From a bacterium (GTDB lineage: Bacteria; UBA8248): DNA of 64,000 nucleotides. Location of the stretch: assembly GCA_965200245.1 (NCBI GenBank), contig CBDATS010000004.1:1344001-1408000 (forward strand), written 5' to 3'. How positions within the stretch are numbered: position 1 is the stretch's first letter; every line of letters begins with the position of its first letter. A program made the position numbers and the translations under genes. Below the pieces are notes generated by a model, which was not told the DNA's origin, did not search any database, and saw nothing but the letters and a program-made list of their open reading frames with translations. Positions 21,190 through 30,282 of the stretch are shown one piece after another.

Positions 21190-21735
21190 ATGAACCCCGT
21201 AGTGGAGACGGCGATACCGATTTACGATCCGACAGTGGAACCAGTGATCGAAACCGAAGAACGCACAAATCGCGACGGCGCGCTCGCGGGAAAACGCATC
21301 GGCCTGCTCTGGAACTCTAAGGTGGGTGCGGACAAACTCATGCGTTACATTCTGGATGAGTTGCGGACGGACGGCGCGGATCCCGACCTCGCCGTAGAAC
21401 TGTCGAAAGAATACGACACCCGTCCGGCGAAGCCCGAGGTGTATGCGGAAATGGCCGAGAAATGCGACCTTGCCATCACCGCGGTGGGTGACTGAGGGTC
21501 CTGTTCTTCGTGCAGTGTGCACGATGGAATCGAGCTTGAAAAAAAAGGCGTTCCCACGGCCGTCATCTGTACCGAGCCCTTCCGCCCCACGGTCGAAATG
21601 GTCTCCAGGGTGCGCGGTATGCCGGATTATCCTGTGGCTTATATCCCCCATCCGGTTGGCAGTCTCACGGACGAGCAACTCCGGGGCCGCGCGAGAGACA
21701 TCGCTCCCACGATCAGGACGCTTCTTACGGGCTGA
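21190..21735 (+). CDS. UGSC-family selenoprotein (Sec at TGA 21493-21495), 181 aa
   Basis: ORFs 21190-21495 and 21517-21735 are one frame: AITAVGD-U-GSCSSCSVHDGIELEKKGVPT; hairpin follows the UGA; GGAGG SD. Confidence 0.88.
21503..21530 (+). promoter_or_regulatory. Putative bacterial SECIS element
   Basis: GTTCT-TCGTGCA-GTG-TGCACGA-T-GGAAT stem-loop with G-containing apex about 20 nt 3' of the UGA. Confidence 0.7.
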
Positions 21736-21756
21736 GCCACGCCTGAAACCGGCTCG

Positions 21757-22638
21757 CTACATCGCTTTCAGGGCAATTATCGCTCCTCCAGCGACCACAC
21801 AGACTGTACCAAACAGGATGGGGAGCGTGATTCGTTCCATATCGCGCAAGAATATCCAGGTGTACAAAAGAGCGAAAAGCGGCGCGGTGGATGAAAGCGG
21901 CGATACAACCGAAATGTCGCCATACTTCAAAGCGGCGAAATGACTCAAGAACGCCAGCGTGTTAATGAGTCCGCAGGGGCCATAGAAGTGCCAGGCCTTT
22001 CCCCATTTGAGTGAGGGACGCAGGGGTTTTGGCAGGAACCATAATACCGCGAACAGCGCGACGAACCCGAAAACACTGGTGAGCGTGATGCCGAGCAGTG
22101 CAGATGGAACGATCTCGATGCCGATTTTTCTGAAAATGTTCGACGTGGAAAATCCCAAAACAGACAGTAACGGCAACCAGATGGCGCGCCTGTCCCAGCG
22201 AACGTCGCTCTTGCGCTGATAGGTAATCCCCCCACACCCCAGCACGACAAGGAAAATCCCGGCCCAGACGTATGTCCCCGGCCGTTCACCAAGGAAAATA
22301 TAGGCGAAACAGGCTGAAAAAAGCGGATTGGCGGCCAGGAGGGGAACTGCACGCGATACGCCCAGGCGATGTATGGCCTGGAACATGAATACGCGGCCGA
22401 GCGAAGGCCCCGTGATGCCTGACAGGAAAAACCAGAACCAGGCTTCCGAACTCCAGTAGGAAGGCTCCCAGGTGAGGATCGTGAGCGCTATCAGCCATGG
22501 GATGTTTACTATCAAGCCAATGACGACGCCTGTCATGGCCGTACCGTGTTGCTGCCCCCGTCTGGCAATGAGGCTGAAGGCTGAGGACATGGACGCGGTG
22601 CCCAGGGCGAACCCCGCCGCCAGCAACGTATCGTTCAT
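21757..22638 (-). CDS. DMT/EamA family transporter
   Basis: About 10 TM helices; GVSRAVP and GDISVVSPL repeat halves. Confidence 0.88.
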   Translation of the reverse strand: MNDTLLAAGFALGTASMSSAFSLIARRGQQHGTAMTGVVIGLIVNIPWLIALTILTWEPSYWSSEAWFWFFLSGITGPSLGRVFMFQAIHRLGVSRAVPLLAANPLFSACFAYIFLGERPGTYVWAGIFLVVLGCGGITYQRKSDVRWDRRAIWLPLLSVLGFSTSNIFRKIGIEIVPSALLGITLTSVFGFVALFAVLWFLPKPLRPSLKWGKAWHFYGPCGLINTLAFLSHFAALKYGDISVVSPLSSTAPLFALLYTWIFLRDMERITLPILFGTVCVVAGGAIIALKAM

Positions 22639-22793
22639 GAAGCATCTCCCGGCCGAAACACAAAAAAAGACAAGCGCTGTTTCTTGTCAAACGAGTGGAC
22701 ACAGAGCCATGCTGAGATCGGAATTTGAGGGCACGGAATGAGACTCACCTTGAAGAATTATTAAGGGGTTTTGGGCATATCACATCCTGGTTA

Positions 22794-24244
22794 TCAACCA
22801 TCGGTAATCGGCTGGGCGATGATCCGCAGGCTCACCATGGTGTAGCCCACCATGAGAAGGAGCATCGGGTATTGGCTGCGCACGGCGGCGAAACGGTTCT
22901 CCAGCGCACGCAGTGCCGTCACGTGCGCCAGGTAGACTGCGCTGATATGACCGATAACGATCGCCGCGATCGAAGCGTACCAGGTCGTCTTGGCGCCGAT
23001 GATTCCGATGTCGACTTTATAGGCGGCGGTTCCCCACAGGTTCCACCCTGTCCCGAAGGGATCCGAAAGCAGCGGGATGATACGTTGCCCCTGGATGAAG
23101 AGAAAGGAAAAATAATGCGCCACGTGGTACCCAATCGCGATGGGGACCAGCGAAAAAACGAACAGGCGCGCGAATTCCCCTGTTGTGAGTACGTTTCCGC
23201 TCATGGTGCGCATCAGCATGCAGAATACGTAATAGACGCCCAGAAACAGGGCTGGAGCCGCGATAAGCGCGATCGTATCTGCCACGAGCAAGGCATCGCG
23301 CCCTGCCCAGGTGACCGCTTCGTATGTCCCTGCGCGCAGCAAGTGCCATAGTGGTGTTTCGGTAAAACCGTCGAAACTCACCGTCGCCAACATCAGGATC
23401 ACTAACACCACCATGGAGTTGCTCATGCCTTTCGTGTCCAGAAGACCCACAGCCGGCGGTCTTATGTGCCACTCTCTTCTCCCTTCCCCGTTCAGGCGCG
23501 CCTCTGTGATCGAGAACCGTCCCATTACGCCGAATATGATGGAAAATGCCTCTCCGCGCTCAAGCCACGCATCCTTGCCGCAGAGGAACATGCCCGTCCA
23601 GGTGATGATGGAATACCCGATTGCGGCGAGCGCGAGGTTGTGGGGCAGGTCGTTGTGCGGCCAGACGATCTCGGCCCACGCGAACCACAGGAACAGGCCC
23701 ACGGCCGGCCACACGCCCGGGTTTCCCGAAAACGGCTGCCTGGGTGACAGGGAACCGCCGGGCCTGATTTTTCGGTACAGCGTCTCCGCCCAGGAAAAGA
23801 TGATGCTCCACGGATTCACCAGCGACCAGAGGTTGCCTGCCAGCGCGCAGACATAGGCCAGCCCCACCCACCAGACAATCCAGACCATGGTGGGCGCGAA
23901 GTTCTTGTCCGGGTTTTCCGTTCCACAGAGACCCGCCACAAGCGTCACAAAAAACAAGGTGACCGAAATCGCCCTGATGAACGAGAGGAAAACCGCCCCG
24001 CCCATCCACGCGAAAACGGGAGATGCGAGAAGGTCATGGCTCGGATAATCCATGTGCTCTGGTTTTTTCGCACGAAAAGTCCCATGCACAGGAAAGAAAA
24101 CACCACGGATGCGCCCGCACCCAGCATGAACAAACCCAGTGGCACCGGCAGATCGTACCTCTGACCGAACCCGTGTGCCGATGCGACGGATGGAAGCAGG
24201 CAGACGGTGGCAGCGAGGAAAAACCCTTGGGCGTTGAGGCTCAT
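22794..24244 (-). pseudogene. Multi-pass membrane protein ('fenitrothion hydrolase FedB'-like), frameshifted at A6 tract 24063-24068
   Basis: Signal peptide + HGFGQRYDLPVP in ORF 23945-24244 joins ORF 22794-24089 (SLVPIAIGYHVAHY, SDPFGTGWNLWGT, RSQYP) if one A is added. Confidence 0.75.
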
Positions 24245-24257
24245 AAAGTTGTCCTCT

Positions 24258-24698
24258 TCACGGATGCACCTCGAGGTAGAACAATACTTTCTCGCTGTGG
24301 CCGCCGCTTTTTTTCTTCCCGTGAGAGTGAGAGCCGTGTTCCGTTACGGGGAATCGGCCCGCAACTTTGGCGCGAAACGCCATCACGGCTGTTTTGCCCG
24401 GCGAAACAGTTTTTTCGATGTCATAACCATGGAGGTGGACTTCGGTTTTCCGATCGGCCATGAGGTTGAGTCTGACCTTGTCTCCCTGCTTCACGCGAAC
24501 CACTTTCTTGCTGCCCTGGATTTTCCCGCCAGCGATTTTGAGCGTAATGCCTCCGAGTGCCTCGCCTTTCACGGGAGTTTCCTTCATTGCCGGTTTCTTC
24601 CCCTGGTGGCCATGCCCCCTGTCTGCGCTTTGGGCGGGGATTGTCTGAAAAAGTGCGACCAGCACAAGAATAGAAAAAACCCTGCAAATGAATTTCAT
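24258..24698 (-). CDS. Secreted His-rich cupredoxin-like protein
   Basis: Signal peptide, VRVKQGDKVRL, EVHLHGYD, AGRFPVTEHGSHSH; GGAGGAG SD. Confidence 0.75.
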   Translation of the reverse strand: MKFICRVFSILVLVALFQTIPAQSADRGHGHQGKKPAMKETPVKGEALGGITLKIAGGKIQGSKKVVRVKQGDKVRLNLMADRKTEVHLHGYDIEKTVSPGKTAVMAFRAKVAGRFPVTEHGSHSHGKKKSGGHSEKVLFYLEVHP

Positions 24699-24831
24699 GT
24701 CCACTCCTCCCCGAAGCAGTCTTGGCAAGGACGAATCCTCTTCGCTTGCCATGGGAAACAATTGATTGGCGGCGTATCAGGAAACCCTGCAAGCGGGGTC
24801 ACTATATCAGAACAGATAAAAGCACGCTTCG

Positions 24832-25713
24832 TCAGAGGGCACGGCCGGCCACCAGCGCGCCGCCCACGACGACTGCCACCGTTCCCAGGAGAATCGGCCA
24901 GGTAATGCGCTCGACCTGACGCAGGAATATGGCCGTGAGCAGCAGTGCCCACAAGGGCGCGGTGGCGGCGAGCGGAATCACGATGGTCAGATCGCCGTAC
25001 CGGAGACCGTATAGATGCAGGAGAACCGACAGGGCGTTCAGGGAACCTCCTATGCTGTAGGCCACCCACGCTTTCTTCCCTGTCAGTGAAGGCCTCAGGT
25101 CTGGCGGCAGATACTGTCCGAAAACATAGAGAAACGTCCCGCCTGCGACGCTCATGATCGATATTCCCAAAAACGGGTTGGGCGATGTGCCAACGCCGAG
25201 TTTTCGCAGCATGTGTGAGATCGAGAAAAAGACCACACTGCCGAGCGCTACGAGCAAATCGCTGCTCCGGATAGGCTGGGCCTCCCCTCTTCTCGAGGTA
25301 ATTCCCATACACCCAAGGACGATTAGCACCGTGCCCGCCAGAATGTACGGCCCTGGTCTTTCGCTCAGGATGAAGATACCGATTATCGCCGAGAAAAGCG
25401 GCATGGTGGAATTGAGTGGCACGGCGCGCGCCACACCCATCAAGTGAATCGAATGGAAAAAACATACCCTCCCCACGGCGGGACCCATGATTCCCGCCAG
25501 CGCGAAAAACAGCCAACCCAGAGGCTGGTAGTGAGCGGGTTCCCATGTCCAAATCGCCCCGAGGAACAACGGCGGCAGAGAGGCGATGATCCCGATAAGA
25601 ACGCCTGATACCGCGTTCGCGTGCTGCTGCCCGCTTCTCACAAACAGTGTGAAGGAGCCGACCACGAGCGCCGTGGAGAGCGAGAAGAGAACCGAGAGGG
25701 AAGTTGTGGTCAT
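24832..25713 (-). CDS. DMT/EamA family transporter
   Basis: About 10 TM helices; clear paralogue of 21757-22638. Confidence 0.88.
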   Translation of the reverse strand: MTTTSLSVLFSLSTALVVGSFTLFVRSGQQHANAVSGVLIGIIASLPPLFLGAIWTWEPAHYQPLGWLFFALAGIMGPAVGRVCFFHSIHLMGVARAVPLNSTMPLFSAIIGIFILSERPGPYILAGTVLIVLGCMGITSRRGEAQPIRSSDLLVALGSVVFFSISHMLRKLGVGTSPNPFLGISIMSVAGGTFLYVFGQYLPPDLRPSLTGKKAWVAYSIGGSLNALSVLLHLYGLRYGDLTIVIPLAATAPLWALLLTAIFLRQVERITWPILLGTVAVVVGGALVAGRAL

Positions 25714-25758
25714 TCAGGATGTGTCTTTTGGCCAAAAATCAAAACCGGGAGAAATAAT

Positions 25759-27798
25759 CTAGATCCCGGCCATTTCGCAGGGAGCGTAGTGGGAGAAGCG
25801 CATGCTGTAGGTGGCACGGCCCTGGGTAGCGGAGCGCAGGGAAGTGGCGTAGCCGAACATCCTGATGAGAGGCACCGAGGCGCGCACGATACTCACGGGC
25901 GATGCGCCGCCGCGTTCTTCGACACCGGTCATTTTTCCGTCCCGTGCGTTGATGTCACCGATGATCGCACCAAGAAATTCACCGGGCGCCACGACTTCCA
26001 CCGACATGACCGGTTCCAGAAGCTGGCCGCCCGCCGCTCGGCAGGCTTCCGTGAACGCGTTCGCCGCCGCGATGGAAAAGGCGGCCTCGGTAGCACGTTC
26101 TCTGTCGTAATCCACCTCGATCAAATTGACGCTTACGTCTGTCATTTCATAGCCTGCCATGGCGCCGCTCGAAGTGGATGCTTTGAGCGATTCCAGTGCG
26201 GCGGCAATCAGATTTCCCGGGATTCCGGGATCGTCCACCGCGCTGGCACAAGAGACGCCACCGCCGGGTCTGGGCGCTACGCCCACGCGCACCCGCGCGA
26301 ACTGGGGTTCGCCCGCAAGTTCCCTGTCGAAGGTAAATTCGGCGTCGGCTTCTTTCGCAAGCGTCTCCCGGTACACTACACGAGGTGCACCGACCCGCAC
26401 GTTCACGCCGAAGTCCTCGTTAATCCGGCGCGTGAGCACCTCCAGATGGAGTTCGCCCATGCCGCTCATTATCGTCTGGCCGGATTCGGAATCCACTTGC
26501 ACCTGGAACGTCGGATCTTCCGCCTGCAGTTTCGACAGAGTCTCGTTCAGTTTTTTGGTTTCCGTGGCGTTCCCGGGTTCGATCGCGACCGAAAGAACAG
26601 GCTGGGGCGCGAGAATCGACTCGAAGGCTATCGATTCAGCCTGCGCACAGAGGGTGTCACCCGTAACCGATTCTTTCAGGCCAGCTGCAGCGACGATGTC
26701 GCCTGGCCCCACGGCATCGATGCGCTCTCGCTTGTGGGAATACATTCTGAAAAGCCGGGCGAAGCGTTCGCTGTTTTCTCTCGCGGGGTTCCACAGGTTC
26801 TCTCCCACCTTGGCCGAGCCGCTGTACACCCGCAGGTAGGTGAGTCGCCTGCCTTCATCGATTTGCACCTTGAACACCAAAGCGGAAAAAGGCGCATCCT
26901 CATCAGGTGGGCGCGTGAGAGGTTCATCTCCGCCCGGATCGAAACCGACCGCAGGCGGCACATCTACCGGAGAGGGCAGATAATCCACCACGGCGTCCAG
27001 CAGGGGCTGTATTCCTTTGTCCTTCAGTGATGAACCGCAAAAAACGGGCAAGAGCTCGCCAGCGAGCACGGCACGCCGCAAACCCGCCTTGAGCGTTTCG
27101 GCATGTATGGTGCTTCCCTCCAGATACGCTTCCATCACGGAATCGTCGTGATCCGCTACCGCTTCGACGAGAGATTCCCTCAATTCGGTCGCTTTTTCCT
27201 TGAGCGTATCCGGGAGTGTGCGCCGATGGGATTCTCCCCCCTCCCAGGTGAGAAAATCACCGCCCAGTACCTCCACTTGGCCCGTATATTCTTCACCCTC
27301 TCCGTCGGGCCAGTGCATGAGTACGGGTTTGACACTCAGTTTTTCCACTATCATTTCGATGGTGCGCTCGAAATCCGCGCCCAGGCGATCCAGTTTGTTG
27401 ATAAAGGCGAGTCGGGGCAGGCTGAACTTATCCGCCTGCCGCCATACGGCCTCGGTCTGCGGCTCGACGCCTTCCACGGCGCTGAAGATTGCGACGGCGC
27501 CATCAAGCACGCGCAGGCTCCTCTCCACCTCGATAGTAAAATCCACATGGCCGGGGGTGTCGATGATGGTAATTTCATGATCCGCCCACGTGGTGGTTAT
27601 AGCCGCCGAAGTGATGGTGATGCCGCGCTCGCGTTCCTGACTCATCCAGTCCATGGTGGCCGAACCATCGTCTACTTCGCCGATTCGGTGTACTGCGCCC
27701 GAGTAGAAGAGCATCCGTTCCGTGGTTGTCGTTTTTCCGGCATCGATATGAGAGATGATACCGATGTTTCTTCTCTTATCGAGCGCGGGGCGCTTCAT
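25759..27798 (-). CDS. fusA: Elongation factor G (stand-alone copy outside the str operon)
   Basis: HIDAGKTTTTE, RGITI, DTPGHVDF, NKLD, GMGELHLE, FGYATSLRSATQG. Confidence 0.93.
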   Translation of the reverse strand: MKRPALDKRRNIGIISHIDAGKTTTTERMLFYSGAVHRIGEVDDGSATMDWMSQERERGITITSAAITTTWADHEITIIDTPGHVDFTIEVERSLRVLDGAVAIFSAVEGVEPQTEAVWRQADKFSLPRLAFINKLDRLGADFERTIEMIVEKLSVKPVLMHWPDGEGEEYTGQVEVLGGDFLTWEGGESHRRTLPDTLKEKATELRESLVEAVADHDDSVMEAYLEGSTIHAETLKAGLRRAVLAGELLPVFCGSSLKDKGIQPLLDAVVDYLPSPVDVPPAVGFDPGGDEPLTRPPDEDAPFSALVFKVQIDEGRRLTYLRVYSGSAKVGENLWNPARENSERFARLFRMYSHKRERIDAVGPGDIVAAAGLKESVTGDTLCAQAESIAFESILAPQPVLSVAIEPGNATETKKLNETLSKLQAEDPTFQVQVDSESGQTIMSGMGELHLEVLTRRINEDFGVNVRVGAPRVVYRETLAKEADAEFTFDRELAGEPQFARVRVGVAPRPGGGVSCASAVDDPGIPGNLIAAALESLKASTSSGAMAGYEMTDVSVNLIEVDYDRERATEAAFSIAAANAFTEACRAAGGQLLEPVMSVEVVAPGEFLGAIIGDINARDGKMTGVEERGGASPVSIVRASVPLIRMFGYATSLRSATQGRATYSMRFSHYAPCEMAGI

Positions 27799-27871
27799 GG
27801 AAATACCCTCTTTTTAGAAAACAGATGCGCAGATTACATTGGGAAGGAGAAGATAGGAAAGCCTGAATCGA

Positions 27872-27899
27872 AATAAGTGGCGGACGGTGGCCATCCGCC
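27872..27899 (-). terminator. Possible intrinsic terminator between NHLP gene and fusA
   Basis: Minus strand GGCGGATGG-CCA-CCGTCCGCC followed by ACTTATTT. Confidence 0.45.
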
Positions 27900-28114
27900 T
27901 CATTTCCTTTACGAGGGGAATTATCTACTTAAATCCGCAGGTCTGGATATCTTGATTTTTGCGTTTCCAGGTGTACCGTTTGCGTCACGGGCGGAATTAC
28001 TGCCAGAATCAGTTTATGCGCCGCCTTCTTCCATTCAGCCCATACACCGGATCTGACAGTAACTCAGTGGGCCCTTTCGTATATGACTTCCCTTATTGAT
28101 ACCAGCCGTGATCG

Positions 28115-28381
28115 TCAAGGTATTCGACCGCCAAACGGATCGTATTGGCCGCCACTGGCGTCTTCCAGCTGTTCCTCGGTGAGCCGTGCCGCAGGCGGGA
28201 GGACGAGATAGCTGTTCTCGGCGTCGTCTTCCATCACATGCAGGTTGAAATTCTCCGGCATCGTCACCCCGAACTCCTCCGATATCACGGCCTTCGGCTC
28301 GGAGATAAGGCGGGCACGGAATTCCTCGTTATCGCCTGCCTTCTCGATCAGGTGCTTGCGCATCTCGGTAACGGATTTCAT
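28115..28381 (-). CDS. NHLP (nitrile hydratase-like leader) RiPP precursor
   Basis: LIEKAGDNEEFRARLISEPKAV, YLVLPP, LTEEQLEDASGG double-Gly site, core QYDPFGGRIP; AAGGAG SD. Confidence 0.88.
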   Translation of the reverse strand: MKSVTEMRKHLIEKAGDNEEFRARLISEPKAVISEEFGVTMPENFNLHVMEDDAENSYLVLPPAARLTEEQLEDASGGQYDPFGGRIP

Positions 28382-28839
28382 TCTGGGCTCCTTTCCTGGA
28401 GAAATGAGTATGGGTGGATCCCCTCGATGTTTTCGTTTTTTTGCATCGTCATCATGGGCAGGATATGGATGTTCCGACGGGAAAGCAAGAAATTTTCTGA
28501 CGTTTTACTGGTGAGGAACGAGTTTCCTCCCGGAGGCCCGTCCGTATGCCACCGTTCTCCCGGGAAACCGGCGGCCGAAGGATCCGTTTTTCCAGAATTC
28601 AGCTATTCAGACTTGTGGATTTAAGGATGTAATTCCCTTTGCGAGAGATAAAAAAGATCTACATCCGTTTTCTCCATGCCGCCCGCTGGATGACAGGGCG
28701 GCTTCCCTTTATGGTTTCAGGAATCCATGGAAAGAAACGGAACGAGAGGTCGATTTCCATCTCTCCCCATCCCCCATGCTGCCTACGGGCGATGCCCTGT
28801 TGCAGGGCAGGACCGAGCGGAGAAAGCGGCGTAAGCGCG

Positions 28840-29112
28840 TCAGGGAGAAACGGCGCGCTTGCCTGGACCTTTGTGGCCAGGCGAGGGATAAATCATACGG
28901 CCTATGGGTTTTGGAGTCGCACGCGAAAAAGGGAGCTCAGGCTCAGGCGTCAGTCTCGATTCAAGTTCCTTTTGTTGGGCCTGCCAATCCTCGAAAGAGA
29001 TATGACCTTGCAAATAAAGGGCGAGATTCCGCATGCAAGCTTCGTGAATGCGTTTCGATATTTGGCTCGTCTTATGTGCCTTGTCCCCGGGTATTCGAGT
29101 TTTCATCACCAT
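28840..29112 (-). CDS. Hypothetical 90-aa basic protein
   Basis: AAGGAGG SD 6 nt before ATG 29112; helical-looking core; family not recognised. Confidence 0.55.
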   Translation of the reverse strand: MVMKTRIPGDKAHKTSQISKRIHEACMRNLALYLQGHISFEDWQAQQKELESRLTPEPELPFSRATPKPIGRMIYPSPGHKGPGKRAVSP

Positions 29113-29415
29113 GAAGGGCCTCCTTTTTCGCTTTCCCTCCACCTGAACGGGATCAGCTTGATAATCTATATATAGTGCTTTCTGTGCAATAATGCACTAT
29201 ATTTTGTGTTAAAATTGGAATAAAAATTGTTGCTATATGGAAAATTCTTGTATTTGCCGGTCATGCGAAAATTCATGAAACACAGTCCTTTGTTTTCTGG
29301 AGATGTCTGGCGCCATAATATCAGCATGTTAAGATGATATTGTTTATGCCTTACATTTCGTCCCGCATGAAAAAATCTTCGCGGGGGAAATCCGCCAAGG
29401 TGAAAAGGATCTGCC

Positions 29416-30282
29416 GTGAGCTTGAAAAAAATCCCGAAAAATATCCTCTCCTGCGGTTTCTCTCTTTTGATTTCGACGTTTTTGCTTTCTGGATGCATCC
29501 TGAACCAGGAGACAAGGACCGCTCATGGCGATGTAATTCGGAAATGGTTTTTGGAATTTCCTTGGGGCCGCGTGGAAGCTTATGCCATCCAACCACTCGA
29601 AAGAGGTATTTCTCCCCAAAGGCGCTACCCGGCGATTCTCCTCCTCCACGGAGCAGATGCCCGTGCCCAAAGATTCCGGCGTGCCATGCTGGCTCATGTT
29701 CGTGACGGTTTCATCCTGATGAGCATTTCGCTGCCCGGTTTCGGCGCATCCACGGGGTCCGAGGATTTCGCAGGACCCAAAAGCGTGAATGCCGCACTGG
29801 GTGCACTTCGTTATCTTGGTGCCAGAGAGAACGTCGTAAAAGGCGGCATATTCGTCTACGGAATCGGACAGGGGGCCTCAGTCGCTGCTCTCGCGGCGAC
29901 CAGGAGCGCGAACATTTCGGGTCTCGTTCTCGAAAACGGATTCTACGACCTGGAGAAAATCCATGCGCTCTTGTCCCGAAAACAGAGGAACAGGATACGC
30001 GCGCTGCTCGGCGGCACGCCTGTTCAAAACGTCGAGACCTACCGGGAGCGTTCTCCCTCCCTCATGGTCGACAAAATGAAGGTTCCGATTCTGCTTCTGC
30101 ACAGCCGGGAGAGTGCTTACCCGCTCAGCGGCGCAGAAGCTTTTCAGAAAGCCATCAACGGCAAAGGCGGGAGGGCAAATCTGCAAAGAATCAAAAATCA
30201 GGGGCCGTTCGAATCGCTCACGCATCCCAATATCGCGAAGTGGGTCATCCCTTTCATCCGCGAAATACGCAAAACGCGCTAG
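29416..30282 (+). CDS. Alpha/beta-hydrolase (S9-like) fold lipoprotein with degenerate active site
   Basis: LLSGC lipobox, PAILLLHG, PGFGASTG, YRERSP; nucleophile elbow reads GIGQG. Confidence 0.78.
   Translation: MSLKKIPKNILSCGFSLLISTFLLSGCILNQETRTAHGDVIRKWFLEFPWGRVEAYAIQPLERGISPQRRYPAILLLHGADARAQRFRRAMLAHVRDGFILMSISLPGFGASTGSEDFAGPKSVNAALGALRYLGARENVVKGGIFVYGIGQGASVAALAATRSANISGLVLENGFYDLEKIHALLSRKQRNRIRALLGGTPVQNVETYRERSPSLMVDKMKVPILLLHSRESAYPLSGAEAFQKAINGKGGRANLQRIKNQGPFESLTHPNIAKWVIPFIREIRKTR

Noticed and set aside
21190-21735. Two separate small ORFs or a pseudogene
   Set aside because: Same frame, UGSC motif and SECIS-like hairpin indicate one selenoprotein
27900-28114. Second precursor or template repeat downstream of the NHLP gene
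   Set aside because: No copy of leader or core sequence, frames interrupted by stops, and no reverse transcriptase in the window
29308-29335. dif-like sequence TGGCGCCATAA-TATCA-GCATGTTAAGA
   Set aside because: Spacer is 5 bp rather than 6 and the XerD arm has three mismatches; likely chance in AT-rich DNA
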